A stretch of 63,923 nucleotides of DNA, the filler included, from Octopus bimaculoides (lineage: Eukaryota): assembly GCF_001194135.2 (NCBI RefSeq). It is 6 parts of 5 records of this genome, joined end to end, with 100 filler letters (N's around TTAATTAATTAA, not from the genome) between each part and the next. Parts side by side here need not be neighbours in the genome. Positions count along the whole stretch, not along the records: positions 62,611 to 63,923 come from NC_068996.1; 5 more parts are not named here. One strand, 5' to 3'. The first letter of the stretch is position 1. Each line of letters begins with the position of its first letter. This document shows positions 62,511-63,923 of this stretch, piece after piece. The notes beneath the pieces are model-generated. The model was not told the DNA's origin and ran no database searches. It was given only the letters and a program-made list of their open reading frames with translations. The position numbers were made by a program, and so were the translations under genes.

Positions 62511-63125
62511 NNNNNNNNNNNNNNNNNNNNNNNNNNNNNNNNNNNNNNNNNNNNTTAATTAATTAANNNNNNNNNNNNNNNNNNNNNNNNNNNNNNNNNN
62601 NNNNNNNNNNGAAAGAGAAACAGACAGACAGAAAGGGTAAGTATATATCTATGCATTAATTGATGCATCATCGCACAAGAACATACAAACACAAGGACGC
62701 CAAGTCGAGCACTCAGACAAGCACATACATACGTATGTATGCGTGTTTGTTTGCATGTATGTACGTACGTACGTTCGTATATGAATGTGAATCTGAGTGG
62801 ATGGATGTACGCAAATATATATGTATTTATTGGTGGACTGAGGCAGGTAGGTAGGTAGGTAGGTAGGTAGGTAGTTATAGGTATATATTAATGTTCTTTG
62901 TTGGTAAAGCTTAATCGTCATATCTGAAAAGCAAGAATAAATATCGTACACACACACACACACACACGTTCTTTTATTCTTTCACTCGTTTCAGCGATGC
63001 CGCTGCGGTCATGCTGGAGCACAACTCACACACCTGTATATATATATATATATAGTAACCAAAATAATTTCTTGTGGGGGGTGGGTGCGCGTGTATATGC
63101 ATATTTATATATATGCGTGTGTGTG

Positions 63126-63184
<59 letters not shown>

Positions 63185-63468
63185 AAGTGCGCATGGGTGG
63201 CCATATGTTAAGAAGTTCGCTTCCCCACAGCGTAGTACGTTGTGTCCTCAACTACAGTCACGGGCCGAACAATAATATCCAGTGGTAGACGGAAACTGAA
63301 AGAAGCCCGTCGTATATATCTACTAGATATGTTTGTGCATGCGTGAGTGTGTGCGTGTGTCTATATTCGCGTGCGCGCATGTCTTTGTACCTGTTTTTGT
63401 CCCCCACCCCTCCTATTGACTGAACTTAAGAGCCTTGTAGTTGAGGATCAAACTTGTTACCACAAAGT

Positions 63469-63470
<2 letters not shown>
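63185..63470 (+). mobile_element. Family-B SINE derivative
   Basis: GGTAGACGGAAACTGAAAGAAGCCCGTCG followed by (GT)-rich sequence, as at 56575-56610. Confidence 0.6.
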
Positions 63471-63499
<29 letters not shown>

Positions 63500-63639
63500 A
63501 CACATACAGGCACGTACGCACACACACATACACACTCACACATACAGGCACATACGCACATACACACACACACACACTCACATATACACACACATAGAGA
63601 GAAAGAGAGAGAGAAAGAGGGATAGCATATATATATATG

Positions 63640-63873
63640 TGTTATTTCTTTACTACCCACAAGGGGCTACACACAGAGGGGACAAACAAGGACAGACAAA
63701 CGGATTAAGTCGATTATGTCGACCCCAGTGCGTAACTGGTACTTATTTAATCGACCCCGAAAGGATGAAAGGCAAAGTCGACCTCGGCGGAATTTGAACT
63801 CAGAACGTAGCGGCAGACGAAATACTGCTGAGCATTTCGCCCGGCGTGCTAACGATTCTGCCAGCTCGCCGCC

Positions 63874-63874
<1 letters not shown>
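63640..63874 (-). mobile_element. Full-length family-A SINE
   Basis: The minus strand runs from the GGCGGCGAGCTGGCAGAATCGTTAGCACGCCGGGCGAAATGC head to the CCCCTTGTGGGTAGTAAAGAAATAA tail. Confidence 0.9.

Positions 63875-63923
<49 letters not shown>

Overview
AT-rich, microsatellite-dense eukaryotic genomic DNA from a gapped draft assembly. The tRNA-derived SINEs, Penelope/Helentron content and repeat style point to an octopus-like coleoid cephalopod (inference). Host genes: (1) Two tandem, minus-strand, single-coding-exon, highly divergent 7TM/GPCR-like paralogues. One is intact (10339-11244). The other has a 2-nt deletion in its N-terminal part (4416-5331). (2) A minus-strand spliced gene with a vWA/MIDAS exon, a Thr-rich mucin-like exon and a probable Cys-containing exon (about 51.4-57.5 kb). 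(3) A pair of short paralogous exon-like units at 17.8-18.3 kb that the ORF track hides. The rest is mostly transposon relics: Penelope, R4-like, CR1/L2, Tx1/L1, RTE and CRE-like LINEs, a Gypsy LTR with a tRNA-Leu PBS, Helitron/HINE, maT, mariner, Tigger, hAT and Chapaev-like DNA transposons, and several SINE families. A 586-bp MITE has a palindromic telomere-repeat core. Most ORF-track entries are microsatellite or gap artefacts. All family assignments come from motif recognition by eye, not from database searches.
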